From Myxococcota bacterium (GTDB taxonomy: Bacteria > Myxococcota_A > UBA9042 > PHBI01 > JAWLBL01): 64,000 bases of DNA. Where the stretch lies: NCBI GenBank assembly GCA_041687695.1, contig JAWLBL010000011.1:64001-128000 (forward strand), written 5' to 3'. Numbering within the stretch: position 1 is the first letter of the stretch; each line of letters opens with the position of its first letter. Both the position numbers and the translations under genes were made by a program. This document shows positions 9,530-19,799 of the stretch, in pieces. The notes beneath the pieces were generated by a model. The model was not told where the DNA came from. It ran no database searches and saw nothing but the letters and a program-made list of their open reading frames with translations.

Positions 9530-10548
9530 GAACCGCCCTCACCGCCGCGACCCTGCTCGCGATGGTCGGTCTGGCCGCCTTCGGCGCGCCCGAGGCGCTC
9601 GCCCAGCCGGGCGGGGACGTCCCCGAGCGCGTCGAGCGAGGCGTCGAGTCGACCGAGCAGCATCTGCAGTACGAGACCGGCGACCCGGTCGCGACCGAGG
9701 CGCCCGCCGAAGGCGAGCACTGGTCGATCTTCCTGTCGATCCTGCCGCCGGCCGCCTTCGAGAACCTCTCCCACATGATGGGGCCGAGCTGGCTCGAGAA
9801 GAACCCGCACGTCCACGTCAGCCACATCTTCATGGCGCTCGTGGTCTTCGTCCTCATGCTGCTGCTCGCCCTCGCGGCCAGCAAGCGCCTGCAGCGCGAG
9901 GAGGACTACCTCGTCCCCGCCAAGAAGTGGGGCGCCTTCGCCTTCTTCGACGTGGCCGTCGGGGTCCTGCTCGGGATGATGGAGCGCATGATGCCGCGCG
10001 ACAAGGCGCTCGCGGCGCTCCCGCTGGTGACGGCCTTCGCCATCTTCATCCTGTTCTCGAACCTGCTGGGCCTCGTCCCCGGGTTCCTGCCGCCGACCGA
10101 CTCGCTCAACACCACGCTGGCCCTCGGCCTGACCGCCTTCGTCGCCTACAACTACTGGGGCATCAAGACCCACGGGTTCGGCGCCTACTTCAAGCACTTC
10201 CTCGGGCCGATGCCGGCCCTCGCTCCGCTGATGCTGCCCATCGAGCTCATCAGCCACTTCGCCCGGCCGCTCAGCCTCGCGCTGCGCCTGATGGGCAACA
10301 TGTTCGGCGACCACATGGTGCTGGGCATCTTCCTCGGGTTCAACCTGCTCTTCGTCCCCCTGCCGGTGATGGTCCTGGGTGTGCTGGTCTGCGTCGTCCA
10401 GACGCTCGTCTTCACGCTGCTGACCATCGTCTACATCTCCATGGCCGTAGAGGTGCACGAGCACCACGACCACGAGGACCACGCACTTCACCATAAGGAG
10501 CTGCATACCCCGGGTGACGTCCACCCGCCGGTGCAGCACACCGCCTGA
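9526..10548 (+). CDS. atpB: Fo ATP synthase subunit a
   Basis: ILFSNLLGLVPG, PIELISHFARPLSLALRLMGNMFGDH, VQTLVFTLLTIVYI. Confidence 0.95.
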   Translation: MRTALTAATLLAMVGLAAFGAPEALAQPGGDVPERVERGVESTEQHLQYETGDPVATEAPAEGEHWSIFLSILPPAAFENLSHMMGPSWLEKNPHVHVSHIFMALVVFVLMLLLALAASKRLQREEDYLVPAKKWGAFAFFDVAVGVLLGMMERMMPRDKALAALPLVTAFAIFILFSNLLGLVPGFLPPTDSLNTTLALGLTAFVAYNYWGIKTHGFGAYFKHFLGPMPALAPLMLPIELISHFARPLSLALRLMGNMFGDHMVLGIFLGFNLLFVPLPVMVLGVLVCVVQTLVFTLLTIVYISMAVEVHEHHDHEDHALHHKELHTPGDVHPPVQHTA

Positions 10549-10629
10549 GCTGTGTCTTTCTGCGGCCGTCGCCGCGCTGAGTTGTCCCACGACCGGGTCC
10601 CGGACCCATCTTCCAAGGAGTGAGTTGAG

Positions 10630-10962
10630 ATGAAGAAGGTGTTTGCCACCGCGTTCCTGACGGTGTTGACCCTCTGCCTCATGGCCCCGATGGCGTTCGC
10701 GCAGGACGTGGCCGGTGCGGCGGACAACGAGTTCACGATGAAGGGCTGGATCGCCATCGCGGCGGGCCTCGGCCTCGCCATCGCGGCGTTCGGCGGCGCG
10801 CTCGCTCAGGGCCGCGCGGCCGCGGCCGCCCTCGAGGGCATCGCCCGTAACCCGGGCGCCGCCGACAAGCTCTTCACCCCGATGATCCTCGGCCTCGCCC
10901 TCATCGAGTCGCTGGTCATCTACTCGCTGGTCATCGCGTTCGTCCTCTCCGGCAAGATCTGA
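10630..10962 (+). CDS. atpE: Fo ATP synthase subunit c with N-terminal extension
   Basis: [20 protein letters not shown] loop, ALIESLVIY. Confidence 0.95.
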   Translation: MKKVFATAFLTVLTLCLMAPMAFAQDVAGAADNEFTMKGWIAIAAGLGLAIAAFGGALAQGRAAAAALEGIARNPGAADKLFTPMILGLALIESLVIYSLVIAFVLSGKI

Positions 10963-11107
10963 TCTCGCCCGAGCGGAACACGAAAAAGGGCGGCCTCCCT
11001 CGGGAGCGCCGCCCTTCTCGTTTCGAAGCGTGGCCCATGATCTCGCCCGAGCGGAACACGAAAAAGGGCGGCCTCCCTCGGGAGCGCCGCCCTCTTCGTT
11101 TCGAAGC
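10960..11107. terminator. Tandemly duplicated hairpin (78-bp period), probable bidirectional terminator
   Basis: Two near-identical copies starting at 10960 and 11038, each with the stem CGAAAAAGGGCGGC-CTCCC-TC-GGGAG-C-GCCGCCCT; lies between convergent genes. Confidence 0.8.
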
Positions 11108-11149
11108 CCCGCACCGAGCCCGCCGAAGCGGGCCCGTGGGCGTCCGAGG

Positions 11150-12871
11150 TCAGCGCCGGACCAGCAGCAGCTCGGCGACGTAGTTCGGGTCCAGGTCGTG
11201 GGCGGCCACGCGGCCGAAGGCGCTGACGAGGTCCGCCATGGCGGCCTCCATCCAGGCGACCAGCGCCGGGTCCAGGTCCCCGGCCAGGCGGTCCAGCGCG
11301 CCGCGGACCAGCGGCGTCAACGTGCCGTCCTCGGCGAAGGCCAGCTTCACGAAGGCGGCGACGTCCTCGCGCGACAGCGGGGCGAAGCTGAACGCCTCGG
11401 TCAGCAGCGCCTGCGCGATGCCCGTCCGCAGCAGCGTCTCGAGGCGCACCTGCCGGCGCTCGTCGGTGGTCAGCTCGCCCAGCGCGGCGCCCATGAGCGC
11501 CTCGGGCGAAAAGCCCAGGCGAGTCTCGAAGAAGGTCAGGACGGCGTCGGCCTCGTGGATGACGGCCTCGACGTGTGAGACGTCGGCCAGCGTGGCGAAC
11601 GGCCGCCACCCGACGCGGGCCCGCTCGTCGAGGCCCTCGAAGAAGACGGGGCGGGGCAGGGCGGCGCCCTCGAGCGTCTCCTCGGTCGGCGTGCCGAAGA
11701 CGTGCAGATCCAGCGAGGCGCCGGCGCGGCGGCGCAGCTTGCGCGCCTTCAGGCCGAGCTCGGCGGTCAGGCCGTAGCCCAGACGGAAGAGCTGCTCCGG
11801 CCACGTGAAGCGCACCAGGTCGCTCGCCTGGTCGACGTCCTCGCGCGCCGCGTAGGCCAGCCCCAGGTTCACCAGCGCGGCCGCCTCGCCGGCTGCGACC
11901 GGCAGGTCGTCGGTCTGGCCCAGGTCGCCCGAGCGGGCCATGAAGACCTTGTTCACGAGATACGTGAAGCCCTGCGCGAACTGGGCGCGCTCGTCGCTCG
12001 ACAGCTGGCGCAAGGCGGCGCCCAGCAGATCCGGCGGGCGCACGCCCGACAGCGCCAGGTCCTGGGCGACGGCGCCCTGGGTCGGCGGCGGGACGATCTG
12101 GCGCTCGGCCACCATCTGAAGCAGGGCCTCGCGCGTGCCCCGGGGCTCGACGCGCTCGTACAGCTCGGCGGCCTCGTCGGGGCTGGGGAAGCCCATGTCC
12201 TCGAGGCGCCCGCCGCGGAAGCGGATGAGCGTCTCCTCGAGCTGCGAGGCCAGCTCGAAGCGGCTCGCCTGGAAGATGTCGCGCATCCGGTCCATGTCGG
12301 CGGCCCACAAGAGCTTCATGAGGCCGGGCAGCCGCTCGGCCAGCTCGTGCTCGTGCGGGACGGTCACCCAGAAGGTGCCGTCGGGGGTCTGGAACAGCGC
12401 CAGCTCGTCGGGGACCGTGTCCGGGTCGAGGTCGGCGGCGTGGACCTGGATGTCCTTGCAGAACAGCAGCTCGATGAGCTCGGGCTCGGTCGACTGCACG
12501 TACTTGATGGCCGTGTCGAGGTCGACGGCCTGGGCCAGGTCCAACCACTTGATCCAGCGATCGAGCTGGACCTCGTTGCGGGTCCACAGCGCCAGATCGT
12601 GGATGCCCTGGATCTGCTCGGGCGTCGCGTACTCGAGCAGCGGATAGGCGTCGTGCTCGCCGATGTCGCGCATCAGCAGGAAGAGCTCCTCGGTGGCGAG
12701 GGACTCCACGTAGCCCGCCGGGTCCGGCAGGCCGAGGACCCAGTCGAGCCGCTTCATGCCGTTCGCGCGCCACAGCGCCGGCGGCAACGTGCTGCGGCCG
12801 GTCAGGGACGCGAGGTCGTGGAGCGGCGTCGGGGGCGTACGCGGGACGAGGCGGAGGTCTGGGTTCGACAT
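11150..12871 (-). CDS. DUF6178-like conserved protein
   Basis: LPDPAGYVESLATEELFLLMRDIGEHDAYPLLEYATPEQ...RLEDMGFP recalls DUF6178 of deltaproteobacteria; start chosen at MSNPDL. Confidence 0.7.
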   Translation of the reverse strand: MSNPDLRLVPRTPPTPLHDLASLTGRSTLPPALWRANGMKRLDWVLGLPDPAGYVESLATEELFLLMRDIGEHDAYPLLEYATPEQIQGIHDLALWTRNEVQLDRWIKWLDLAQAVDLDTAIKYVQSTEPELIELLFCKDIQVHAADLDPDTVPDELALFQTPDGTFWVTVPHEHELAERLPGLMKLLWAADMDRMRDIFQASRFELASQLEETLIRFRGGRLEDMGFPSPDEAAELYERVEPRGTREALLQMVAERQIVPPPTQGAVAQDLALSGVRPPDLLGAALRQLSSDERAQFAQGFTYLVNKVFMARSGDLGQTDDLPVAAGEAAALVNLGLAYAAREDVDQASDLVRFTWPEQLFRLGYGLTAELGLKARKLRRRAGASLDLHVFGTPTEETLEGAALPRPVFFEGLDERARVGWRPFATLADVSHVEAVIHEADAVLTFFETRLGFSPEALMGAALGELTTDERRQVRLETLLRTGIAQALLTEAFSFAPLSREDVAAFVKLAFAEDGTLTPLVRGALDRLAGDLDPALVAWMEAAMADLVSAFGRVAAHDLDPNYVAELLLVRR

Positions 12872-13085
12872 GGGCGGCAGCATAGACACGCGCGGGACAG
12901 GGGCAAGCGCCACGAGCGGGCCGCCCTGCACGATCCGAGCGTTCTCGGTACTTGCGGTCACCCCGCCCAGGGCCTAAAACCTGCCGGTTCAAGCGCCCGC
13001 GGGTCTGGCGGGCGCGGGACCCGACCGGCGCGCGCCCCGGCACCCAGCCAGGAATCCCGAACGTCCGCGCGCGCTTGAGAGCGCC

Positions 13086-16000
13086 ATGACCGCACCTGAC
13101 ACCCAGCCTCCCCGGTCCCCCTGGTCGCAGCGTCTGGGCGAGCTCGCCCACCGCTGGGGGGCGCCCGCGACGCTCGCCCTCGGCGCGGCCCTGCTCCTGT
13201 TCAAGCTCGGGGCCACGGGCCTGTGGGAGCCGTGGGAGATGGACCGGGCCGACCTCGCCCGCACCCTGGTCGAGCGGCCCCAGGTCGCCGCGGCCGTCGC
13301 GCCGGGCGAGGGTGAGACCGATCTCGCCAAGCGCCTCGGCGCCGCGGCCGAGCAGGCCGACGTCACCCTGCGCCTGGCCGACCCGCCGGCCGCGGGCGCG
13401 CGCGGGGTGGCCGCCGGCGGCCGCACGGTCAACGAGGCGCTCGAGCTGGCCCGCACCGAGGTGGTCGCCGCGGTCGTGCTCGATCTGGCGCTGGTCGCCC
13501 CCGAGCCCTGGAACGACGCGACCTGGACGCGCCTCGCCGGCCACGTCGATCAGGCCCTGAGCCACCTCGGCCGCGCCCCCGTCCTGCTGGTCGCCCCGGC
13601 CGGCATGGACACCGCCGCCCTCGGCCAGCAGCTGAACCAGGCCCGCGCCAAGCTGGCGCAGCAGCGCGCCTTCAAGGCGCTGGGCCAGACCCCGCCGCCG
13701 AACGCGCCCGAGCCCTCGGACGCCTGGGCCCAGTCCCTGGGTGACGGCGAGCGCCTGCAGCTGATGACCAACCCCAGCGACGCCGAGCTGGCCGCCGCCC
13801 TGTCGGCCGCCGCCGCCCTCGACGGCTGGACGGTCCGCTTCAAGGCCGACGGCGTCACCCACACGGTCGCCCCGCTCGAGACCTGGGCCACCGCCGTCAT
13901 CTACCAGCTCTTCGGCGCCTCCGAGGCGACGACCCGCCTCGCCGGCGTCCTGTTCGCGCTGCTCGCCCTGTTCGTCCTGATGCGCGTCGGCCGCGACGCC
14001 TTCGGCCCCGGCGTCGGCGTCCTGTCCGGCCTGGTCCTGCTGACGACGCCCCTGTTCTACGCCCAGGCCCGCTCGGCCGCCGGCGAGGCCGGCGCCATCC
14101 TCGGCCTCACCCTCTTCGCAGCCGGCCTCCTCTACCAGGCCCGCGGCGCCTCGCCCCGCACCGTCTGGACGCACCTCGCGACGGGCCTCGTCGTCGGCTT
14201 CCTCTCCAAGGGCCTGTTCGCCCTGATGATCTACGCCCTGATGGCCGGCGGCGCCGCCCTCGTCGTCGGCACCCGCGACCGCCGCGAGTGGCTCCCGGCC
14301 GTGGCCGCCGTCGGCTCGCTGGCGCTGGCCTCGCTGTGGGTCCTGTCCAGCGACCCCTACGGCTTCGCCGGCCAGTTCCGCTTCACCCACGAGCTGTTCA
14401 GCCAGGGCCCCAGCGAGTACCTGCGCAACTTCGACTACGTCATCCACCAGATCGGCTTCGGCGCCTTCCCCTGGTCGCCGCTGTACATCATCGCCATGGC
14501 GGGCCTGCTGTGGCAGGCCGCCGACGAGCAGGACAAGAAGTCCCTGCTGGTCATCCTGTGGTTCGGCATCCCCGTCGTGGCCACCATGGCCATGCTCAAG
14601 AGCTTCAACCACCTCGTCTGGCCGGCCGCCCCCGCGGGCGCCCTGGCCGTGGGCCTCGTGCTCAAGCAGATCGCCACCCGCGGCCTGCGCAGCAACCTCG
14701 TGGCGCTGCTCTTCCTCATCATGTTCTACATCCTGTTCCGCGAGCTGCGGGACAGCCCGCGGCCCCTGTCGGCCTTCCTGGCCTTCGACCCGCCGTTCAC
14801 CACCGACGCGGGCGGCCTGCGCTTCCCCGAGAGCGTCAAGGTCAGCTCGCTGTTCGCCTACGCGCTGCTGGCCGCCGCCCTCATCGCGGCCACCCACTTC
14901 GGCGGCGTCTTCGCCTTCATCCGAAAGGCCGCCTCGCTCTTCGCGCGCCCGCTCCCCTTCGCCATCGCCCTCGGCGCCTCGCTGTCGCTGATGACCCTGG
15001 TGTGGTTCATCCGCGTGCTGGCCAAGTTCCACGAGGGCATGCGCCTGCCGACCGCGGGCGAGCTCGACCCGGTCCAGCGCGGCTTCGCCTCGAGCTTCCT
15101 CGCCTCGGCCGATCCCGTCGTGCTGGTGTCCTGGCTCACCATCGCCGGCGTCCTGGGCGTCATCGTCGTCCGCCGCATCTTCGGCCGGCCGCTGGCCCGC
15201 CCCATCGCGGCCGTCGAGCGCCTCGCCGCCAGGCTGCCCATGCCCGGCGACGCCCGGCTGCTCATGGCCGGCGGCGGCGCCTGGTTCGCGCTCGGCCTCG
15301 CCACGCTCTTCAGCGTCTCGTGGCCCGAAGGCTACTGGGGCGAGGTCTTCGGCGACCCCTCGCTGCTGCTCGTCGCCCTCGCGACCGCCGGCGCCGCCTA
15401 CGCCGTCTGGCGCTCGGGCGTCGGCGTCGTCCCGGTCGTGGCGACCGCGCTCGGCGCCGTGGGCCTGTGGCTGGGCACCCGCCTCGGCCGCGACGCCGAT
15501 CTCCGCAACTGGTACACCGTCGGCCTCACCCTCGCCGGCGCGCTGGCCTACGCCATGGCCCTGCTGCCCCGCTTGTGGCGCAGCGGCTACAACCTGGCTC
15601 TGCTCGGCGGCGCCCTGGTCGCGGTCGCGCTCGTGGGGCTGACCTTCCCGCTGCTCGACCGCTGGGAGCAGCTGCGCTTCGTCCTGTACCCCGAGGCGAG
15701 CGAGAGCTTCACGCGCTATCTGCTGGTCGGCTCCCGCGCCAGCTTCGCCCTGTACGTCGGCATTCTCGCCCTGGTCTTCAACCGGTTCCTGCCCTCGCTG
15801 GTCTCCACGCTCGTCGACGCGCTGTCGCACGTCGGCCGCGGCCGCGTCGTCGTCGCCGGCCTGACCTTCGCCGGCGTCCTGTTCACGGTCGGCACCGTCA
15901 CGGGCCTGTACGCGGATCTGGCCTACAACGTCAGCCAGAAGCACATCATGGACACCTACCGCGAGGCCGAGGGCCTCGGGCCGCGCGAGCTGGGCGACCG

Positions 16001-16892
16001 CATCTTCAAGCACGGCGCCTTCGGCACCGCCGGGCGCAAGGACTCGAACTTCTACACGGCGGCCATCCCCGAGATCCGCGACCGCAACACCGCCCTGACG
16101 GCGCTGTTCGCCGCCAAGGACGTCACCGCGAACCTCGAGACCTCGGAAGGCACCAAGACGCTGACCCTGCCGGGCCGCTCGGGCGACGGGCTCAGCGGCA
16201 CCGGGCCCAAGGACCTGCGCTACTACGCCCTGGTCCCGGCCGAGCAGTTCTCGGCCCTCAACCACGCCTACCGCAAGATCTCGGGCGGCGCCCACATGCC
16301 CATCCTGGACGGCCGCAGCTACCGCGTCCTGCTGGCCACCAGCACCCTGCGCGAGGGCGAAGAGCAACAGAACCGCTTCGCCCAGCACACGCTGACCCGC
16401 GCCCAGTTCGACGCCCTGAAGGACCCCGACCTCCACCGGGTCTGGGCCAACTGGGGCGACAAGATCCGGGTCGTCGGCTACAAGATCGAGCCCGCCGTGG
16501 TCGGCCGCGGCAAGAAGTTCAAGCTGACCACCTACTTCGAGGCGCTCGAGGACATCCCGACCTCCTACAAGATCTTCATGCACATCGACCGGCCGGGCAC
16601 CTCGAACCGCATCCACGGCGACCACTGGCCGCTCGATCTGACGCCCGACGGCGACGAGGGCAAGGTCTGCACCGGCTGCTACCGGACCGACCACTGGATG
16701 AAGGGCGACATCGTCCTCGACGTGTTCGAGACCGAGGTCCCCATCGGCACCCCGTCGGGCCCGCAGGAGATCTGGATGGGCTTCTACCAGCCGTCCGGCG
16801 GCTCGCGCCTCGAGGTCAAGGACTGGGAGCGCGACAAGGCCCGCCACGACGGCCAGAACCGGGTCCGCATCGGCTCGTTCCAGGTGCCCTGA
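13086..16892 (+). CDS. Very large ArnT/PMT-like (GT-C) membrane glycosyltransferase
   Basis: GLWEPWE after TM1, FGASEATTRL, GFLSKG and FPWS motifs, many TM helices, soluble C-terminal beta domain (HGDHWP...WMKGDIVLD). Confidence 0.8.
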   Translation: MTAPDTQPPRSPWSQRLGELAHRWGAPATLALGAALLLFKLGATGLWEPWEMDRADLARTLVERPQVAAAVAPGEGETDLAKRLGAAAEQADVTLRLADPPAAGARGVAAGGRTVNEALELARTEVVAAVVLDLALVAPEPWNDATWTRLAGHVDQALSHLGRAPVLLVAPAGMDTAALGQQLNQARAKLAQQRAFKALGQTPPPNAPEPSDAWAQSLGDGERLQLMTNPSDAELAAALSAAAALDGWTVRFKADGVTHTVAPLETWATAVIYQLFGASEATTRLAGVLFALLALFVLMRVGRDAFGPGVGVLSGLVLLTTPLFYAQARSAAGEAGAILGLTLFAAGLLYQARGASPRTVWTHLATGLVVGFLSKGLFALMIYALMAGGAALVVGTRDRREWLPAVAAVGSLALASLWVLSSDPYGFAGQFRFTHELFSQGPSEYLRNFDYVIHQIGFGAFPWSPLYIIAMAGLLWQAADEQDKKSLLVILWFGIPVVATMAMLKSFNHLVWPAAPAGALAVGLVLKQIATRGLRSNLVALLFLIMFYILFRELRDSPRPLSAFLAFDPPFTTDAGGLRFPESVKVSSLFAYALLAAALIAATHFGGVFAFIRKAASLFARPLPFAIALGASLSLMTLVWFIRVLAKFHEGMRLPTAGELDPVQRGFASSFLASADPVVLVSWLTIAGVLGVIVVRRIFGRPLARPIAAVERLAARLPMPGDARLLMAGGGAWFALGLATLFSVSWPEGYWGEVFGDPSLLLVALATAGAAYAVWRSGVGVVPVVATALGAVGLWLGTRLGRDADLRNWYTVGLTLAGALAYAMALLPRLWRSGYNLALLGGALVAVALVGLTFPLLDRWEQLRFVLYPEASESFTRYLLVGSRASFALYVGILALVFNRFLPSLVSTLVDALSHVGRGRVVVAGLTFAGVLFTVGTVTGLYADLAYNVSQKHIMDTYREAEGLGPRELGDRIFKHGAFGTAGRKDSNFYTAAIPEIRDRNTALTALFAAKDVTANLETSEGTKTLTLPGRSGDGLSGTGPKDLRYYALVPAEQFSALNHAYRKISGGAHMPILDGRSYRVLLATSTLREGEEQQNRFAQHTLTRAQFDALKDPDLHRVWANWGDKIRVVGYKIEPAVVGRGKKFKLTTYFEALEDIPTSYKIFMHIDRPGTSNRIHGDHWPLDLTPDGDEGKVCTGCYRTDHWMKGDIVLDVFETEVPIGTPSGPQEIWMGFYQPSGGSRLEVKDWERDKARHDGQNRVRIGSFQVP

Positions 16893-16895
16893 CCG

Positions 16896-17858
16896 ATGGA
16901 CGCCGCTAGCGCCACGGGCATCGGCGTCGCCTTCGCCGCCCTGGTCGCCCTGCTCGGGGCGGCCATCGGCAGCTTCCTGAACGTCGTCATCTACCGGCTG
17001 CCGCACGGCCTGTCGCTGGTCCGCCCGGCCAGCCGCTGCCCCAGCTGCGAGACCCCCATCAAGCTGCGGCACAACGTCCCGGTCTTCGGCTGGCTGCTCA
17101 TCGGCGGCAAGTGCGCCGCCTGCCGCGCCCCCGTCTCGGCGCGCTACCCGCTGGTCGAGCTGGCCATGGGCCTGGTCGCGCTCGCCCTGTTCCACGATCT
17201 GGCCGGCGGCCTGCTCACCCCCGACGCGCTGGCCGGCCGCGACTTCCTGGTCGACGTCCTGGGCCCCTTCTCCCTGTACCTGGTCTTCGCCGCCGCGCTG
17301 GTGGCCGTGACCTTCATCGATCTGGACTGGTTCCTCATCCCCGACGCCATCAGCCTGCCCGGCATCCCGCTGGGCGTCGCCGCCACCTACGTCGCCGGCC
17401 ACACCATCGGCCTGACGTGGCAGGACAGCATCATCGGCGCCGCCGCCGGCGCCGGCGTCATCGTCGCGGTCATCCTGATCTACGGCTGGGCCACCGGCCG
17501 CCAGGGCATGGGCGGCGGCGACTGGAAGCTGCTCGGCCTCATCGGCGCCTGGCTCGGCTGGCAGGCGCTGCCCTTCGTCCTGTTCGCCGGCTCGATGCAG
17601 GGCCTGCTCATCGCCCTGGTCTTCCGCCGCTCCTTCGCCGTCGAGGAGCTGCCGGACCTCCCGAACGAGCCCGGCGCCGACGGGACGATGGCGGTCTCGG
17701 GGGGCGCCGGCGACGGCCCCGACCCGGGCGGCAAGTCCTTCGGCCAGCTGGCCATCCCCTTCGGGCCCTTCCTGTCGCTCGCCGCCCTCGAGTACCTGCT
17801 CTTCCGCGACGAGATCCGCCACCTGCTCGCCTGGCTGGCCGGCGACACGGGGCTCTGA
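16896..17858 (+). CDS. pilD: Prepilin peptidase
   Basis: IGSFLNVVIYRLP, two CxxC pairs, FIDLD, GMGGGDWKL, IPFGPFL. Confidence 0.95.
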   Translation: MDAASATGIGVAFAALVALLGAAIGSFLNVVIYRLPHGLSLVRPASRCPSCETPIKLRHNVPVFGWLLIGGKCAACRAPVSARYPLVELAMGLVALALFHDLAGGLLTPDALAGRDFLVDVLGPFSLYLVFAAALVAVTFIDLDWFLIPDAISLPGIPLGVAATYVAGHTIGLTWQDSIIGAAAGAGVIVAVILIYGWATGRQGMGGGDWKLLGLIGAWLGWQALPFVLFAGSMQGLLIALVFRRSFAVEELPDLPNEPGADGTMAVSGGAGDGPDPGGKSFGQLAIPFGPFLSLAALEYLLFRDEIRHLLAWLAGDTGL

Positions 17859-17859
17859 G

Positions 17860-19359
17860 GTGCGCTGGGGGCTGCGGGCGCACGTCCTGGTCGCCCTCGC
17901 GCTGGTCCTCGCCCTCGGGCTGACGGTCACCTACGTCGTCACCACCGATCTGCTGCGCTCGGCCGTGCTCGAGGGCCGCATCGCCCGCGTCCGCCAGGCC
18001 ACCAGCCTGACCGCCGCGCGCCTGGCCGAGGTCGACCCCGCGGCCATGCCGGCGGCCCTCGACGCGGTCCGGCCCCTCATCGAGCCCGACGCCGCCTTCG
18101 TGGTCGGCCGCGACCTCACCCCGCGCCTCGCCCCGCCCGACCTGCGCGCCCGCTTCCGCCTCAGCCCGGTGGATCTGCAGCCCTACGCCGGCGACGGCGT
18201 CGCCTGGGCCACGCTGACGGATCTGGACGGCCAGCCCGTGCTCGCCGTGCTGGCCCCCATCGCCACCGCGCCCGAGCTGGCCACCGTCGCCGACGCTGCG
18301 CCGCGGCAGTGGGTGGTCCTGCTCTCGCCCCTCGGCCCGGCCGTGCAGCGCATCGAGGCGCTCGAGGGGATGCTGCTGCTCATCACCCTGGTCATCCTGG
18401 GCCTCGCCGTCATCCCGGGCTACGTTCTGCTGGGTCGCCTGGTGGTCCGGCCCCTGCAGCGGCTGGTCCGGTCGCTGGACCGGGTCGGCGGCGGCGAGTT
18501 CGTCGAGGCCGGGCGGGCCGAGTCGACCACGGGCGAGCTCGAGGCCCTCTTCGGGTCGTTCGACCGCATGACTGGCCAGCTCGAGGCCGACCGCCAGCGC
18601 ATCCAGCTGCAGCTCAGCGAGCTGAAGCTGGCCAACCGCGAGCTCGAGGCCGCCCAGCACCAGCTGGTCGTCAGCGAGAAGCTGGCCACCGTGGGCACCC
18701 TGGCGGCCGGCGTCGCCCACGAGATCGGCAACCCCATCGCGGTCCTCACCGGCTACCTCGAGATCCTGCGCGCCGGCGACCTGCCCCCCGAGCAGCAGGC
18801 CGAGTTCCTGGCCATCATGCAGGGCTCGGTCGAGCGCATCTCGACCATCATCCGGGATCTGTTGGACTTCGCGCGCCCCGTCGACGCCGGCGACGACACC
18901 TGCGACGCCGTCGCGGTCGCCCAGGCCACCGCCAACCTGGTCCGCCCGCAAAAGCGCATGAGGTCGGTCGACCTGGTCCTGGACCTGCCCGACCAGCCCG
19001 TCCCCACCGCCTGCCCGGCCGGGCGCCTCGAGCAGGTCCTGCTGAACCTGCTCTTCAACGCCGCCGACGCCAGCCCCGACGGCGGCCGGGTCACCCTGCA
19101 CGTCGCCGCGCGTGGCCCGCAGGTCGTCGTCACCGTGCGCGACCAGGGCACGGGCATCGACAAGGCGGATCTGGTCCGCATCTTCGACCCGTTCTTCACG
19201 ACCAAGCCGCCCGGCGCCGGCACGGGCCTGGGCCTGAGCATCTGCCACAACATCGCGCAGACCTACGGCGGCCAGATCTCGGCCGAGAGCGAGCGCGGCC
19301 ACGGCGCCAGCTTCACCGTCACCCTGCCCGCCGCCGGCGCCGCCGAGGCGGCGGCCTGA
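17860..19359 (+). CDS. Membrane sensor histidine kinase (HAMP-HisKA-HATPase), in the PilS2 position
   Basis: [49 protein letters not shown]. Confidence 0.92.
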   Translation: MRWGLRAHVLVALALVLALGLTVTYVVTTDLLRSAVLEGRIARVRQATSLTAARLAEVDPAAMPAALDAVRPLIEPDAAFVVGRDLTPRLAPPDLRARFRLSPVDLQPYAGDGVAWATLTDLDGQPVLAVLAPIATAPELATVADAAPRQWVVLLSPLGPAVQRIEALEGMLLLITLVILGLAVIPGYVLLGRLVVRPLQRLVRSLDRVGGGEFVEAGRAESTTGELEALFGSFDRMTGQLEADRQRIQLQLSELKLANRELEAAQHQLVVSEKLATVGTLAAGVAHEIGNPIAVLTGYLEILRAGDLPPEQQAEFLAIMQGSVERISTIIRDLLDFARPVDAGDDTCDAVAVAQATANLVRPQKRMRSVDLVLDLPDQPVPTACPAGRLEQVLLNLLFNAADASPDGGRVTLHVAARGPQVVVTVRDQGTGIDKADLVRIFDPFFTTKPPGAGTGLGLSICHNIAQTYGGQISAESERGHGASFTVTLPAAGAAEAAA

Positions 19360-19365
19360 CCGGGC

Positions 19366-19785
19366 TCAGAGCAAGACGATCGACGCCAGCACCGCGACCG
19401 AGAGCCCGACCCTCATCCCAACGACGTCGGGCTTGTGCTCGCTCGACGCGCGCTCGCGTCCGCTGACCCGGGCGTGGATGGCGATGGCGACCATGAGCAG
19501 CGGCGCGAAGAGGTTGCCGAAGGCGAACTCGAAGCTCGCCTGGGTTTCGGTCACGATCGCCCCCAGCATCGGCACCCCGACGAAGAGCAGCCCCAGCAGG
19601 ACCAACGCCGCGGTGGCGGCGGCGGAGCTCGGCTCGCTCGCGTACAGCACGCCCACCGCGCCGCCCAGGGCGACGGTCCAGCCGATGGCGTGCCGTTTGA
19701 ACCGGGTCATCCAGGCGTCCGCCTCCTCGGGCGTGAGCGGGCGTCGTTCCTCGCGCTGGGGCTGGTGCAGGTTGAAACTGAACAT
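19366..19785 (-). CDS. Small membrane protein, paralogue A1
   Basis: Hydrophobic segments; shares FSF...LTxEExxxW...AFGNLFAP with its neighbour. Confidence 0.65.
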   Translation of the reverse strand: MFSFNLHQPQREERRPLTPEEADAWMTRFKRHAIGWTVALGGAVGVLYASEPSSAAATAALVLLGLLFVGVPMLGAIVTETQASFEFAFGNLFAPLLMVAIAIHARVSGRERASSEHKPDVVGMRVGLSVAVLASIVLL

Positions 19786-19799
19786 GGGCGACACCTATG

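Noticed and set aside
10920..17930. 2336-aa minus-strand ORF and similar long overlapping ORFs (403..2298, 30050..34117, 35395..39369)
   Set aside because: Antisense or alternate-frame shadows of real genes in high-GC DNA; they show no recognisable motifs.
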